Positions 9,485-19,984 of a DNA stretch of 54,201 nucleotides are shown piece after piece (the stretch's first letter is position 1; the number at the start of each line of letters is the position of its first letter). The stretch lies in NCBI GenBank assembly GCA_018712385.1, contig DVHC01000003.1, positions 1 through 54,201 of the forward strand. Direction: 5' to 3'. Source of the DNA: Candidatus Onthousia excrementipullorum. GTDB lineage: Bacteria; Bacillota_I; Bacilli_A; RF39; UBA660. The translations under genes and the position numbers were made by a program. The notes below the pieces were generated by a model, which did no database searches, had not been told where the DNA came from, and worked only from the letters and a program-made list of their open reading frames with translations.

Positions 9485-10003
9485 ATGACTTCAAAAAAGA
9501 ATTTATATTATTATTTAAATAACTTTATTTTGTTCTCTTTTTTTGGTTTTCTCTTTGAAAATATCATGCATTTAATAACTACAGGATCCTTAACTAACAA
9601 TCCTTTTTATGGACCTTGGATGCCCATATATGGCTTTGGAGTAATTATCATGATTTTTTTTACTAGGTTAGTATTTAATAGAGTAAAGTTAAATAGACCT
9701 TTAAAAATTATTATTCTTTTCTTAGCAGTTACAATTATCTTAACGATATTAGAACTAGCAGGAGGATACTTAACAGAATTTATTTTCCATAAAAGTTTTT
9801 GGGATTATACTGATTTAAAATTTAACTTTGGTAAATATATCGCTTTAGAAGTAAGTTTAGGTTGGGGCATCGCTTGCCTCATATTCTTATATGTATTAAA
9901 ACCTCTAACAGATAAATTTATCGAAAAAATCCCTAAATTTATATCTATCATTCTTTTAATATTAATAATAATAGATTTTATCTTTAGTTTCTTCTTAAAA
10001 TAG
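9485..10003 (+). CDS. Putative ABC-transporter permease-like membrane protein (CmpB/TMEM229-like)
   Basis: GPWMPIYGFG, LEL..G, WDYT..KFN..KYI motifs; several TM helices. Confidence 0.75.
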   Translation: MTSKKNLYYYLNNFILFSFFGFLFENIMHLITTGSLTNNPFYGPWMPIYGFGVIIMIFFTRLVFNRVKLNRPLKIIILFLAVTIILTILELAGGYLTEFIFHKSFWDYTDLKFNFGKYIALEVSLGWGIACLIFLYVLKPLTDKFIEKIPKFISIILLILIIIDFIFSFFLK

Positions 10004-10030
10004 AATATAACCGCAAAAATGTAAAAAATA

Positions 10031-10062
10031 AAAAGTTTTGCGACTCTAGCCGTAAAACTTTT
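10031..10062. terminator. Bidirectional terminator between convergent genes
   Basis: AAAAGTTTTGCG...CGTAAAACTTTT imperfect inverted repeat. Confidence 0.55.
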
Positions 10063-10084
10063 AACTATGAGTAAAGAAAAATCT

Positions 10085-10483
10085 CTACTCAGTTTTTAAT
10101 TTATCATATACATCTTTAATATCACTAACTTCGCTACTATCATAAGTACATTTAAAACTATCACTATTATATCTTGGTATTAAATGAATATGATAGTGTT
10201 TAACATCTTGACCATAATCATTATTTTGACAAATAGTTAAACCATCAATATTAAGTTTTTCTTTTAAGATAGGATAAATCTTTGTCTTAATAGTATCAAT
10301 CATATAAGTAATAACTTCATTAGGTGTACTAAATAAATTTTCATAATGTTCTTTAGGAATAACTAAAGTATGACCATCACTATTAGGATTAACATCTAAG
10401 AAAGCAAGAACTTTATCATCTTCATATACTTTATAAGATGGAATATCTCCCTTAATTATTTTACAAAATAAACAATCATTCAT
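10085..10483 (-). CDS. hit: HIT family nucleotide hydrolase
   Basis: CLFCKII, GHTLVIPK and HYHIH histidine triad; ATG 10483 follows GGAGGAG. Confidence 0.92.
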   Translation of the reverse strand: MNDCLFCKIIKGDIPSYKVYEDDKVLAFLDVNPNSDGHTLVIPKEHYENLFSTPNEVITYMIDTIKTKIYPILKEKLNIDGLTICQNNDYGQDVKHYHIHLIPRYNSDSFKCTYDSSEVSDIKDVYDKLKTE

Positions 10484-11135
10484 TAAAATCTCCTCCTTCA
10501 ACTATCTTTATTATACCATTATTATCAAAAGTAACACTATAATTATTTGTATTTAAGCCATTACTTAAGGCAATACTATTAAAACTATTAATTAAATTGT
10601 TAAGATAAACATCATCTAAACTATCAACTTTAACATAATAACTAACAGAGTAATATCCTGTATTATAAATATTACCTTCTAAGATATCTATCGCTTCAGC
10701 TTTGCTATACTTATCTAAATCTTTAAACTCTATCTTAATGTTTTGAAAGTTAGTATTTTTAAAAATCTCTTTATACTTATCTAAAACCTCTTTACTAGCA
10801 TTCCTCAACACTTCTTTACCTTTTACATAATTCTCTTTATAATTATCAGTTATCTTATTATTTATAGAAGTAATAGCAAAATTTAACTCTTCATAATCTT
10901 TATTATAATAAGTAATACTATAACTATTATCATCTTTACTATATTTTAAGTCTCCACGAGATACATCTAGACCCTTATAGTTTTCTTCATAATAAGTATT
11001 AATATCTTCTTCTACAGTCTTAGACTTTATACTAGGGACTTTTTCTCTAACAATAATAAAACCAAAAAAGATAATTATGATACCAAAAAGCATCGCTTGT
11101 CCTAACATTAAACTATTCATTTTTCTTTTACTCAT
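10476..11135 (-). CDS. Hypothetical membrane-anchored protein
   Basis: N-terminal TM segment; ATG 11135 with GAGG RBS; overlaps the hit start. Confidence 0.7.
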   Translation of the reverse strand: MSKRKMNSLMLGQAMLFGIIIIFFGFIIVREKVPSIKSKTVEEDINTYYEENYKGLDVSRGDLKYSKDDNSYSITYYNKDYEELNFAITSINNKITDNYKENYVKGKEVLRNASKEVLDKYKEIFKNTNFQNIKIEFKDLDKYSKAEAIDILEGNIYNTGYYSVSYYVKVDSLDDVYLNNLINSFNSIALSNGLNTNNYSVTFDNNGIIKIVEGGDFNE

Positions 11136-11275
11136 ATGCCTCACTATCCATTCATTTATTATTTTACCAAAACCTTTAAATATAAGCAATTATGTGTTAT
11201 ACTAAGCATGTCTTTTAACATAAATATTGACAATTTAATAATATATTTTATCATACAATTAGAAAGGGTGATAAT

Positions 11276-12037
11276 ATGTTTAAAATAGATAAGTTGAGTG
11301 TATTAATAAAAGATACTGATAGAAAGATTTTAAAAGACTTTTCTCTTACCATAAATGAGGGAGAAATCCATGCTATTATGGGACCTAATGGCGTAGGTAA
11401 GAGTACTTTATCTAAAGTAATAATGCACCATCCTGATTATGTTATTAATGCTGGTACTATTACTTATAATGATAAAGTTTTAAATGATTTAACAACAGAT
11501 GAAATAGCAAGACTAGGAATATATTTACTTATGCAAGACCCATCTATTATTGATGGTGTAAGTAATAGTGAAGCTTTAAGAACTGCTTTAAAAGAAAGAG
11601 GTAGTGATACTAATCTATATACTTTTATTACTAAGATGAAAAAAGAATTAGACTCCCTAAATCTACCAAAAGATGTTATGCATAGGTCTATTAATAAAGG
11701 TTTATCTGGTGGTGAAAGAAAGAAAAATGAAGTTTTAGGGCTAAAAGTATTAACCCCTAGTTTTATTATCTTAGATGAATTAGATAGTGGACTAGATGTA
11801 GATAGTTTAAAAGTAGTTGCCAAAAACATCAATGAATATTTAAAAGAACATCAAGATACCAGTGTCTTAATTATTACTCATTATAGTAGAGTTCTAGATT
11901 TAATTAAACCAGATTTTGTTCATGAAATGAAAGATGGTAAGATAATCAAAACAGGAGATATTACTCTTGCCAAACAAATAGAAAAAAAAGGTTTTACTGG
12001 GGTAAATGAAGTGGAGTCAAGTGAAAATCATGAATAA
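11276..12037 (+). CDS. sufC: Fe-S assembly ATPase SufC
   Basis: MGPNGVGKST, SGGERKKNE, LDELDSGLD. Confidence 0.95.
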   Translation: MFKIDKLSVLIKDTDRKILKDFSLTINEGEIHAIMGPNGVGKSTLSKVIMHHPDYVINAGTITYNDKVLNDLTTDEIARLGIYLLMQDPSIIDGVSNSEALRTALKERGSDTNLYTFITKMKKELDSLNLPKDVMHRSINKGLSGGERKKNEVLGLKVLTPSFIILDELDSGLDVDSLKVVAKNINEYLKEHQDTSVLIITHYSRVLDLIKPDFVHEMKDGKIIKTGDITLAKQIEKKGFTGVNEVESSENHE

Positions 12038-12701
12038 TATATTATTAGATAGTACAGTTTGTTTTAATAAAGAAGGTACTTTTAAACTAGAACTAGATAA
12101 AGATACTACTATTAATATTGAAAGTGATAATGTAAAACTATATCTTGTAACAAAAAATAATATAAAAGTTGATTTTAATATTTTAAACTCTACAACTATT
12201 TATAATATTACAGAAGAAAGTATTACTGTTAATATTAATATCTATAACAAAGCTAAACTAGATTTTTATAATATGACTGTTACTGATAAAAAGATAACTA
12301 ATGAAGTAAATGTTTATCATCAAAATAAAGAGACTATAAGTAATGTTATATGTCATGGTATTAGTTATGATAAAGGAGACTTAAAGTTTAGTGTTAATGG
12401 CTATATAAAAAAGGGTATGATAGGTTCTATTTGTAATCAGTCCAGTAGAATAATTAACTTAGATGAGGGTAAGAGTTTAATAGAACCAAATCTCTTTATC
12501 GATGAATTTGATTCTGTTGCCAATCACTCTGCCTATACAGGACCTTTTGATAATAAGTTATTATTCTATTTAGAAACAAAAGGAATAAGTAAAAAAGAAG
12601 CTTTTAATCTTCTTTTAAATGGATTTATGAAGATGGTAGAGTTACCTAAAGATTATGAGAGCGTACTTGATAATATTTTAGATAAAGTAATGAGGAGGTG
12701 A
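12030..12701 (+). CDS. sufD: SufD-like protein (shortened)
   Basis: PNLFIDE...ANHSA..G...LFYLETKG SufBD-family C-terminus; position in the suf operon. Confidence 0.8.
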   Translation: MNNILLDSTVCFNKEGTFKLELDKDTTINIESDNVKLYLVTKNNIKVDFNILNSTTIYNITEESITVNINIYNKAKLDFYNMTVTDKKITNEVNVYHQNKETISNVICHGISYDKGDLKFSVNGYIKKGMIGSICNQSSRIINLDEGKSLIEPNLFIDEFDSVANHSAYTGPFDNKLLFYLETKGISKKEAFNLLLNGFMKMVELPKDYESVLDNILDKVMRR

Positions 12702-13903
12702 TTATTATTAATCGTGAAGATTTTCCTATTTTAAATAATGATATAATATATTTTGATAATGGAGCGACTACTCTAAAACCTAAATGTGTAGTTGAAGCGA
12801 TGAATGATTATTACTATAATTATGGAGCGAATATTCATAGAGGAGATTATAAAATATCTTTAAGAGCAAGTGAAGAATATGAGAAAGTTAGAGATAAAGT
12901 AAAAGACTTTATAAATGCTAAAAGTAGTAAAGAAATAGTTTTTACAGCAGGTGATACAGACTCTCTTAATAAGATAGTCTTTGGCTTTATGAAAGATTAT
13001 TTAAATGAAGGAGATGAAGTCTTACTTACAAAAAGTGAACATGCCTCAAACGTCTTACCTTGGTTAGAGTTATCTAAAGATAAAAAGATAAAGATAAGTT
13101 ATATACCTTTAAATGATAATCATGAATTAACTCTAGAAGCTTTAACTGATACTATAACAGATAAAACTAAAGTAATCTCTATCGCTCATATTACTAACGT
13201 TGTAGGAGATGTAAGAAATATTCATGAGATAAGTAAAATCGCTCATAAAAACAATATAATATTAGTAGTAGATGGTGCCCAAAGTGTTCCTCATATGAAA
13301 ACAGATGTTATTAAAGACGATATTGACTTTTTAACATTCTCTGCTCACAAAATGTTAGGACCAACTGGAGTAGGGGTACTTTATGCTAAAGAAGAATATT
13401 TAGAAAAGATGAGACCTATAGAATATGGGGGAGGCATGAATCAATACTTTGAAGTAACAGGAGAAGTAGAGTATAAGAGCATTCCAACAAGATTTGAAGC
13501 TGGAACTCCTCCTATCGCTGAAGTAATAGGATTAGGCTCTGCCATTGATTATTTACAAAAAATAGGTATGGATAAAATCTATGAATACGAAAAAGTACTA
13601 AAGAGATATCTTGTCTCTAAACTAGAAAGTAATACTAAAGTAATTTTATATAACAAAAGTACTGATAGTGGTGTCCTAGCATTTAATCTAGAAGGAATAT
13701 TTAGTCAAGATACAGCCATTTACCTAGACCATTATAATATCTGTGTAAGAGCAGGTAATCATTGTGCTAAAATTTTAAAAGATGAAATAAATATTAAAAA
13801 TACTTGTCGTATCAGTTTATATTTTTATAATACTAAAGAAGAGATAGATAAGTTAGTAGAAGTCTTAGAAAAGTCTGATGATTTATTTAAAGTAATATTG
13901 TAG
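12698..13903 (+). CDS. sufS: Cysteine desulfurase SufS
   Basis: YFDNGATT, FSAHKMLGPTG, RAGNHCA. Confidence 0.95.
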   Translation: MIIINREDFPILNNDIIYFDNGATTLKPKCVVEAMNDYYYNYGANIHRGDYKISLRASEEYEKVRDKVKDFINAKSSKEIVFTAGDTDSLNKIVFGFMKDYLNEGDEVLLTKSEHASNVLPWLELSKDKKIKISYIPLNDNHELTLEALTDTITDKTKVISIAHITNVVGDVRNIHEISKIAHKNNIILVVDGAQSVPHMKTDVIKDDIDFLTFSAHKMLGPTGVGVLYAKEEYLEKMRPIEYGGGMNQYFEVTGEVEYKSIPTRFEAGTPPIAEVIGLGSAIDYLQKIGMDKIYEYEKVLKRYLVSKLESNTKVILYNKSTDSGVLAFNLEGIFSQDTAIYLDHYNICVRAGNHCAKILKDEINIKNTCRISLYFYNTKEEIDKLVEVLEKSDDLFKVIL

Positions 13904-13912
13904 GAGGTATTT

Positions 13913-14344
13913 ATGGATGCAGAATTAAAAAGAGAAATAATACTAGATAATTATAATAATCCTTATCATAAAGGACTAAAAAATGAAAGTGGTTATAAAA
14001 AAGCGAATACTAATAATGAATCTTGTATTGATAATATCGATATAGAACTAAAAATAGAAGATGGTAAGGTAGTAGATGCTAACTTTGATGGTGAAGCATG
14101 TGCAATCTCAACTTCCGCTACCTCTATTTTCTTAAGAAAAATAATAGGGAAGAGTGTTGATGAAGTTAAAGATTTAATAGAAAACTATGAACATCTAATC
14201 GATGAAAAAGATTATGATGAAGAAAAATTAGGTGAACTTATGGCCTATGATACTATCTATATGCAACCCAATAGAAAACACTGTGCCCTTCTTCCTGTCG
14301 ATACGATTAATAAGATTCTAAAGGAGGAAAATAGTGGAGATTAA
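13913..14344 (+). CDS. sufU: SufU sulfur-transfer/scaffold protein
   Basis: NESCID, GEACAIS, RKHCALL. Confidence 0.9.
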   Translation: MDAELKREIILDNYNNPYHKGLKNESGYKKANTNNESCIDNIDIELKIEDGKVVDANFDGEACAISTSATSIFLRKIIGKSVDEVKDLIENYEHLIDEKDYDEEKLGELMAYDTIYMQPNRKHCALLPVDTINKILKEENSGD

Positions 14345-15644
14345 GGGACTAACTAAAGAGAATATTTTAAAAATATCAGAACATAAAAAAGAAGCAGATT
14401 GGGTCAAGGATTATCGATTAAAGTCATATGAATATTTTGAAAAAATGAATAAAGACTTACCTTTTGGACCTAAGTTTAAACTTAACTTTGATGATATTAT
14501 TTACTATAAGAGTGCAACTGATGAATTAACTGATGACTGGTCTAAAGTAATGAAGCCAATTAAAAGTGAATTAGATAAACTAGGTGTCCTTGAAAGTGAA
14601 CAATATATGGCTGGTATGGGTGTTCAATATGAAAGTGAAGTAATCTATCATAATATGCTTAAAGAACTTACTGACAAAAAAGTAATCTTTACATCAATTG
14701 ATAATGCCATTAAAGAGTATCCTCTTCTTGTTAAAAAATACTTTGGCAAGATAGTTAAAAACACAGATAATTTATATGCAGCCTTAAATGGTTCTGTATT
14801 TTCAGGAGGAAGTTTTATCTATATACCACCTCATACTAAACTAGATAGACCACTACAAAGTTACTTTAGAATTAATAGTAAAGGAATGGGCCAGTTTGAA
14901 AGAACTTTAATTATTGTCGATGATGATAGTGAACTTCATTATATCGAAGGATGTACCGCTCCTACTTATGCTACTTCATCTTTACATGCTGCTGTTGTTG
15001 AAATCTATGTTGGAAGAAACAGTAAATGCCGTTATACTACTATTCAAAACTGGGCACCTAATGTCTATAACCTAGTTACTAAAAGAGCCTTAGTCGAAGA
15101 AAATGGTACAATGGAGTGGATTGATGGTAATATCGGTAGTGCTTTAACTATGAAATATCCTTGTTGTATCTTAAAAGGAGATAATTCTACTGGTACTTGT
15201 ATTAGTATCGCTGTCGCTAGTAATAATCAAATCCAAGATACAGGAGCCAGAATGCTTCATTTAGGTAAAAATACTAACAGTAAGATAATCTCTAAAAGTA
15301 TTGCAAGGGGTGGAGGTAATGCCACATATCGTGGAGATGTTAAGATTAAAGAAGATGCCACTAACTCATACTCTATGATAAAATGCGACACTTTAATACT
15401 TGATAAAGATAGTATTAGTGATACTATACCTACAAATATAGTCTCTAATAACACTAGTACTATAGAACATGAAGCGACTGTTTCTAAGATAAATGATGCC
15501 AATATTTTCTATTTAGAAAGTAAAGGAATACCTAAAGAAACTTGTGAAGAATTAATCGTTTTAGGCTTTCTAGAAGAGTTTAGAAAAGAACTACCTATGG
15601 AGTATGCTGTAGAACTAAATCAACTTTTGAAAAAAAACTTGTAA
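14334..15644 (+). CDS. sufB: Fe-S assembly protein SufB
   Basis: GQFERTLII, YIEGCTAP, HEATVSKI, ELPMEYAVE. Confidence 0.95.
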   Translation: MEIKGLTKENILKISEHKKEADWVKDYRLKSYEYFEKMNKDLPFGPKFKLNFDDIIYYKSATDELTDDWSKVMKPIKSELDKLGVLESEQYMAGMGVQYESEVIYHNMLKELTDKKVIFTSIDNAIKEYPLLVKKYFGKIVKNTDNLYAALNGSVFSGGSFIYIPPHTKLDRPLQSYFRINSKGMGQFERTLIIVDDDSELHYIEGCTAPTYATSSLHAAVVEIYVGRNSKCRYTTIQNWAPNVYNLVTKRALVEENGTMEWIDGNIGSALTMKYPCCILKGDNSTGTCISIAVASNNQIQDTGARMLHLGKNTNSKIISKSIARGGGNATYRGDVKIKEDATNSYSMIKCDTLILDKDSISDTIPTNIVSNNTSTIEHEATVSKINDANIFYLESKGIPKETCEELIVLGFLEEFRKELPMEYAVELNQLLKKNL

Positions 15645-15650
15645 TTTTGC

Positions 15651-15681
15651 AAATTGACCCCCAAAATGAGGGTCAATTTTT
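15651..15681 (+). terminator. suf operon terminator
   Basis: AAATTGACCC...GGGTCAATTT hairpin ending in a T-run. Confidence 0.7.
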
Positions 15682-15797
15682 AAAATTCGCCCTATGAATT
15701 TGCAAAATTCAGGTAAAATTTGGCTCGAATTTGCAATTTTCTCTTTTTGCATAGATTTTAAAACTATGTTACCGTATCTTTCGAAAGGAGGAATTGC

Positions 15798-16145
15798 ATG
15801 TTAAATAGCTTAATTTTAGTAGGCCGTCTAACTAAAGATATCGACATTAAAGAAACAGAATCTGGTAAGAAAGTAGGCACTCTTTCTTTAGCAGTACCAC
15901 GTTCTTTTAAGAATATGGATGGTGTTTATGAGACTGACTTTATAAACTGTACTCTTTGGGAAGAGAAAGCTAAACTTACTAAAGAGTATTGCAAAGTTGG
16001 AGACATTGTCGGTATTAGAGGACGCCTCCAAAGTAATATTATTAAGACAGAAGAAGGCTCAAGATACTTTCTAGAAGTAGTTGCAGATAAAGTCACTTTT
16101 CTGTCAAATAAGAAGAAAAATGATGTCAAGAATACTGATAATTAG
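15798..16145 (+). CDS. ssb: Single-stranded DNA-binding protein, short SsbB-like paralogue lacking the acidic PF tail
   Basis: LVGRLTKD, ETDFINC, VGIRGRLQ; 115 aa without DDLPF. Confidence 0.88.
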   Translation: MLNSLILVGRLTKDIDIKETESGKKVGTLSLAVPRSFKNMDGVYETDFINCTLWEEKAKLTKEYCKVGDIVGIRGRLQSNIIKTEEGSRYFLEVVADKVTFLSNKKKNDVKNTDN

Positions 16146-16245
16146 CCATTTTTAGACTTATTTTTCAATAATTTTAAATAAAGGTTGACTTTTGCTATTA
16201 AAAAGATTTATAGTTTAGTAAACAATTAATTAAGGAGAGACAAAT

Positions 16246-16602
16246 ATGCTTTTAAGTAAACGTTTAAAAGAGTTGCGTATCTCAAACGGATTAACGCAAC
16301 GAGAGTTGGGCGAGCTTGTAAATGTTACGAAAGTAAGTATTTGTTGTTATGAAAACGGTACAAGAGTCCCAACTTTAGACACATTAACTAAATTAGGAAA
16401 GGTATTAGATGTTGATGTAGACTATCTATTAGGATATGATAATCCTGTTAAGCCTAAAGGTAAAAATAAGAAAGTTACTAGTATGGCTAAAGAAGAAATA
16501 GACTTCATTAAAGGATTAAGAGAAATAGAATCTCTTCATCAATTGATATTAGAAGATCCCAAAAAGGCTCTTGAGCTTATAAGTAAGAGGTTAGCTAACT
16601 AA
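16246..16602 (+). CDS. XRE-family HTH regulator
   Basis: RLKELR...LTQRELG...YENGTRVP...DYLLG. Confidence 0.88.
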   Translation: MLLSKRLKELRISNGLTQRELGELVNVTKVSICCYENGTRVPTLDTLTKLGKVLDVDVDYLLGYDNPVKPKGKNKKVTSMAKEEIDFIKGLREIESLHQLILEDPKKALELISKRLAN

Positions 16603-16684
16603 TCTCTTTTTCTATTACTAAGAAAATGTAAAATATTGTGAAGTCTCTTGTAATTATAAGTTTTTTTAACTATTATTAAATTAG

Positions 16685-17917
16685 GTGATAATAATGATAT
16701 TAGATATAATTAGTAAGAAAGCAAATAATTATGAACTAACTAAAGAGGAATTAGAAACGATTCTTTTGGGATATTTAAATGATGAAGTAAAAGATTATCA
16801 AATGAGTGCTTTCCTTATGGCAATATGTATTAATGATATGAGCGACAGTGAAGTATTCGCTCTTACTGATATTTTTATTAAAAGTGGAGATATACTAGAT
16901 TTAAGTTTTATAGATAAAATTAAAGTAGATAAACACTCCACAGGTGGCGTAGGAGATAAAACGACTTTAATAGTAGCACCTTTGGTAGCAAGTTGTGGAG
17001 TACCTGTTATTAAAATGAGTGGCAGAGGCTTAGGTTATACAGGAGGTACTATAGATAAGTTAGAGTCAATTCCTGAATTTAAAGTAGATTTAACAGAAGA
17101 AGAGATAAAAAAACAAGCCCAAGATATAGGAATTGTTATAACTAGTCAAACTAAAGACCTTGCCCCTTTAGATAAAAAAGTATATGCCCTTCGTGATGTA
17201 ACTGCAACTACTAATTCTATACCTTTAATCGCTAGTAGTATTATGAGTAAAAAAATAGCAGGTGGAGCGGATAAGATAGTTATAGATATTAAAGTAGGAA
17301 ATGGAGCTTTAATTAAGACAAGGGAAGAAGCTGAAAGATTATCTAGTTTATTAATTAAAATAGGTACATACTATCAAAAAGAAGTTAGGACAGTTATATC
17401 TAATATGGATAGACCATTAGGACATAATATTGGTAATAAATTAGAAGTATTAGAAGCGCTAGAAGTATTAAAAGGTACCGTAAAAGGAGAACTTTTAGAT
17501 TTATCAGTTGAACTTGCTACTAAAATGGTATCTATGGGAAAAGGGATAAATGAAGAAGAGGCAATGAAAGAAGTAAAAGAAAACTTAGAAAATGGCAAAG
17601 CTCTAAATAAATTTTTAGAATTTGTTAAATATCAACATGGTAATATAGATGAATTAGAAGTAGATGCTAAAGTCTATAATATAAAAGCTAATAAAAGTGG
17701 TATTTTAAAAGATATAAATGCTCTATCTATCGCTAAATTAAGTGAAAGTTTAGGAGCAGGACGTAAGAATAAAGATGATGACATTGATTATAATGCAGGA
17801 GTTGTTATTAAAAAAGAAATTGGTGATGAGATAAGAGAAGGAGATGTCCTAGCAAGTCTTTATACAAATATTGACAATCCAAAATTTAATCTTGAAAGAA
17901 TATTTGAAATTTCTTGA
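16685..17917 (+). CDS. pdp: Pyrimidine-nucleoside phosphorylase
   Basis: DKHSTGGVGDK, KMSGRGLG, ALRDVTAT, SIMSKK. Confidence 0.95.
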   Translation: MIIMILDIISKKANNYELTKEELETILLGYLNDEVKDYQMSAFLMAICINDMSDSEVFALTDIFIKSGDILDLSFIDKIKVDKHSTGGVGDKTTLIVAPLVASCGVPVIKMSGRGLGYTGGTIDKLESIPEFKVDLTEEEIKKQAQDIGIVITSQTKDLAPLDKKVYALRDVTATTNSIPLIASSIMSKKIAGGADKIVIDIKVGNGALIKTREEAERLSSLLIKIGTYYQKEVRTVISNMDRPLGHNIGNKLEVLEALEVLKGTVKGELLDLSVELATKMVSMGKGINEEEAMKEVKENLENGKALNKFLEFVKYQHGNIDELEVDAKVYNIKANKSGILKDINALSIAKLSESLGAGRKNKDDDIDYNAGVVIKKEIGDEIREGDVLASLYTNIDNPKFNLERIFEIS

Positions 17918-17964
17918 AAAAACAAAACCTATTTGCTATACTTTATATAAGGTAAGGTGATTAT

Positions 17965-19332
17965 ATGAGTTCTAATAAAATGAGTCAAAGAACACAAATA
18001 AAAAGAAGTAAGACTAAAAGAAGCATAGACAAGATGGACAAAGCAATGAATGATGTTAAAAAGATAGGTATCATCTCTTGTTGTTTAATAGCAGTTCTTT
18101 TAGTAATAGGAATATTTATTAATACCGAAGAAAGCTATGCAGCTGGTTTCTTACAAAGTTTACCAACTAGTTTTAAATCAGGAAGAACTGACCCTTTACA
18201 ATCATATATCTATGATGATAATAACTCTATTCAAATTCCTACAGAATTTTATGGTGTGGATAGTGCGGGTAAAAGATTATCATTTATCTATTGTATGGAC
18301 CACAATAAAGGTATGTTAGGAGACATAACTTATACTAAAGGGCCATCAGTAAAAAGTAATATTTCAGTTCCTGGAACAAATGATAGTGTTACTGAAAGCT
18401 ATCCTGGGTTAATTTATATTTTACAAAATGACACTCCAATTAAAAAAGGAGATATTATAACTAGTGCAGAACTTAATTATGATTCAATTAACTACTATAT
18501 AACGCAATTGGCAGTATGGTGGTATATTGATAAAGCCAATGGCTTAGATGATGATAAAAATTACAGTGCTTACGGACAAGTAGATTCAACTCCTGAAGTA
18601 GATGGTGATGATAAATATGTTGAAGGAGAGAGTTATAAATACTTTAACAATCTATCAGCTTTAGATAAGAAAACTATTACAGACCTTAGTAAGATGGATG
18701 CTACTGATTTAGAATATGATAATGCTAGAGTATTATATGCAAAGAAAGTATTAGAATTAGTTAATGGTGCCATTGCTAATGAAGGAAATTATACATCTAC
18801 TCCTGAATCTACTAATATTACAATAGATACTTCAACAATTACTTACACTATGACTAATGATTATGTTGAAACTAGTGTAATATATCCAAAAGCTAGTAAT
18901 CCTAATATTGAAACTTATTCAGTTAGTATAAATAATGCTATTGGTAATGTTCAAATAGTAGATGAAAATGATAATCCTATTGCAAGTACTTCTATAGATG
19001 CTAATACTGGTTTTAAACTAAGAGTACCAATTTCTGAACTTAATGGTGAAACATTTAAAGCAAATATAACAATATCAGCAACTTATGCAAATCTATATGA
19101 TGCTTATGTTTATAATCCAGAAGATAGTGAAGTTGAACTACAAAGAGCTTTATTAGGAATTATAGAGAAACCATCTGCATCTACATCTCTAGATTTAGAA
19201 GCACCAGCTATTGATGTTCCAAATACAAATAGTACATCATACTTAATATATGGAATAGGAGCATTAATCATAATAGCAGGTATTGTCTTAATAGTTGTGG
19301 CTAAAAGACCAAACAATGCAAAGAAAAAGTAA
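17965..19332 (+). CDS. Sortase-anchored surface protein with thioester (TED/TQXA) domain
   Basis: Signal/TM segment, YCMD...TQLAVWWY Cys-Gln motif, VPNT + TM + basic tail sorting signal. Confidence 0.75.
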   Translation: MSSNKMSQRTQIKRSKTKRSIDKMDKAMNDVKKIGIISCCLIAVLLVIGIFINTEESYAAGFLQSLPTSFKSGRTDPLQSYIYDDNNSIQIPTEFYGVDSAGKRLSFIYCMDHNKGMLGDITYTKGPSVKSNISVPGTNDSVTESYPGLIYILQNDTPIKKGDIITSAELNYDSINYYITQLAVWWYIDKANGLDDDKNYSAYGQVDSTPEVDGDDKYVEGESYKYFNNLSALDKKTITDLSKMDATDLEYDNARVLYAKKVLELVNGAIANEGNYTSTPESTNITIDTSTITYTMTNDYVETSVIYPKASNPNIETYSVSINNAIGNVQIVDENDNPIASTSIDANTGFKLRVPISELNGETFKANITISATYANLYDAYVYNPEDSEVELQRALLGIIEKPSASTSLDLEAPAIDVPNTNSTSYLIYGIGALIIIAGIVLIVVAKRPNNAKKK

Positions 19333-19969
19333 AAACCTAAAAAGCCAACTCTTTAAAGTTGGCTTTTTCTTCCTTATCGTAGGAATACTAGTATTTATAA
19401 GTACCCCTTTAAGGAAATTAAAAGATGAAGTCTATGAAGAAATGAGACTTGCAATATTTCAATTAAATATTAATGAAACAAATAACACAACTATTAACAA
19501 TGTAAATACTGAAAACTTAGAAGTAACTTCTGAAAATACTGAGAAAGCAGAAGCAAATGATAAAAAAGCTAATTACTCATATATTGGAGAATTATCAATT
19601 CCTAAAATTAAACTGAGAAGGGGTTTTGTTTCTAAAGAATCTCGCTATAATAATATTGAGTATAATATAACAGTCGCTAATGAAGCTAATTATCCTGATG
19701 TTCCCCTAGGTAACTTTATCCTTATGGCTCATTCAGGTAATGCTTATATCTCATTCTTTGATAAACTATATAAATTACAAATAGGTGATGAAGCTAGTGT
19801 TAGTTATAATGCTGTTACCTACAATTATCGCTTGACTAGTATCTATAATCAAGCTAAGACAGGAACAGTGGCAATCTATCGTAATCCTAATGTTAAAACC
19901 TTAACATTAATTACATGTACTCATAATGATGATTATAATCAAACAATCTACATCTTTGAAGAAATATAA
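19316..19969 (+). CDS. Sortase
   Basis: N-terminal anchor, LSIPKI, GNFILMAHS, LTLITC. Confidence 0.9.
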   Translation: MQRKSKNLKSQLFKVGFFFLIVGILVFISTPLRKLKDEVYEEMRLAIFQLNINETNNTTINNVNTENLEVTSENTEKAEANDKKANYSYIGELSIPKIKLRRGFVSKESRYNNIEYNITVANEANYPDVPLGNFILMAHSGNAYISFFDKLYKLQIGDEASVSYNAVTYNYRLTSIYNQAKTGTVAIYRNPNVKTLTLITCTHNDDYNQTIYIFEEI

Positions 19970-19984
19970 GAATAAAAAGGAGAA

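Noticed and set aside
17915-17917. Mollicute genetic code 4 suggested by the extreme AT content
   Set aside because: TGA terminates pdp near its expected end, the Trp codons checked are TGG, and cell-wall genes are present.
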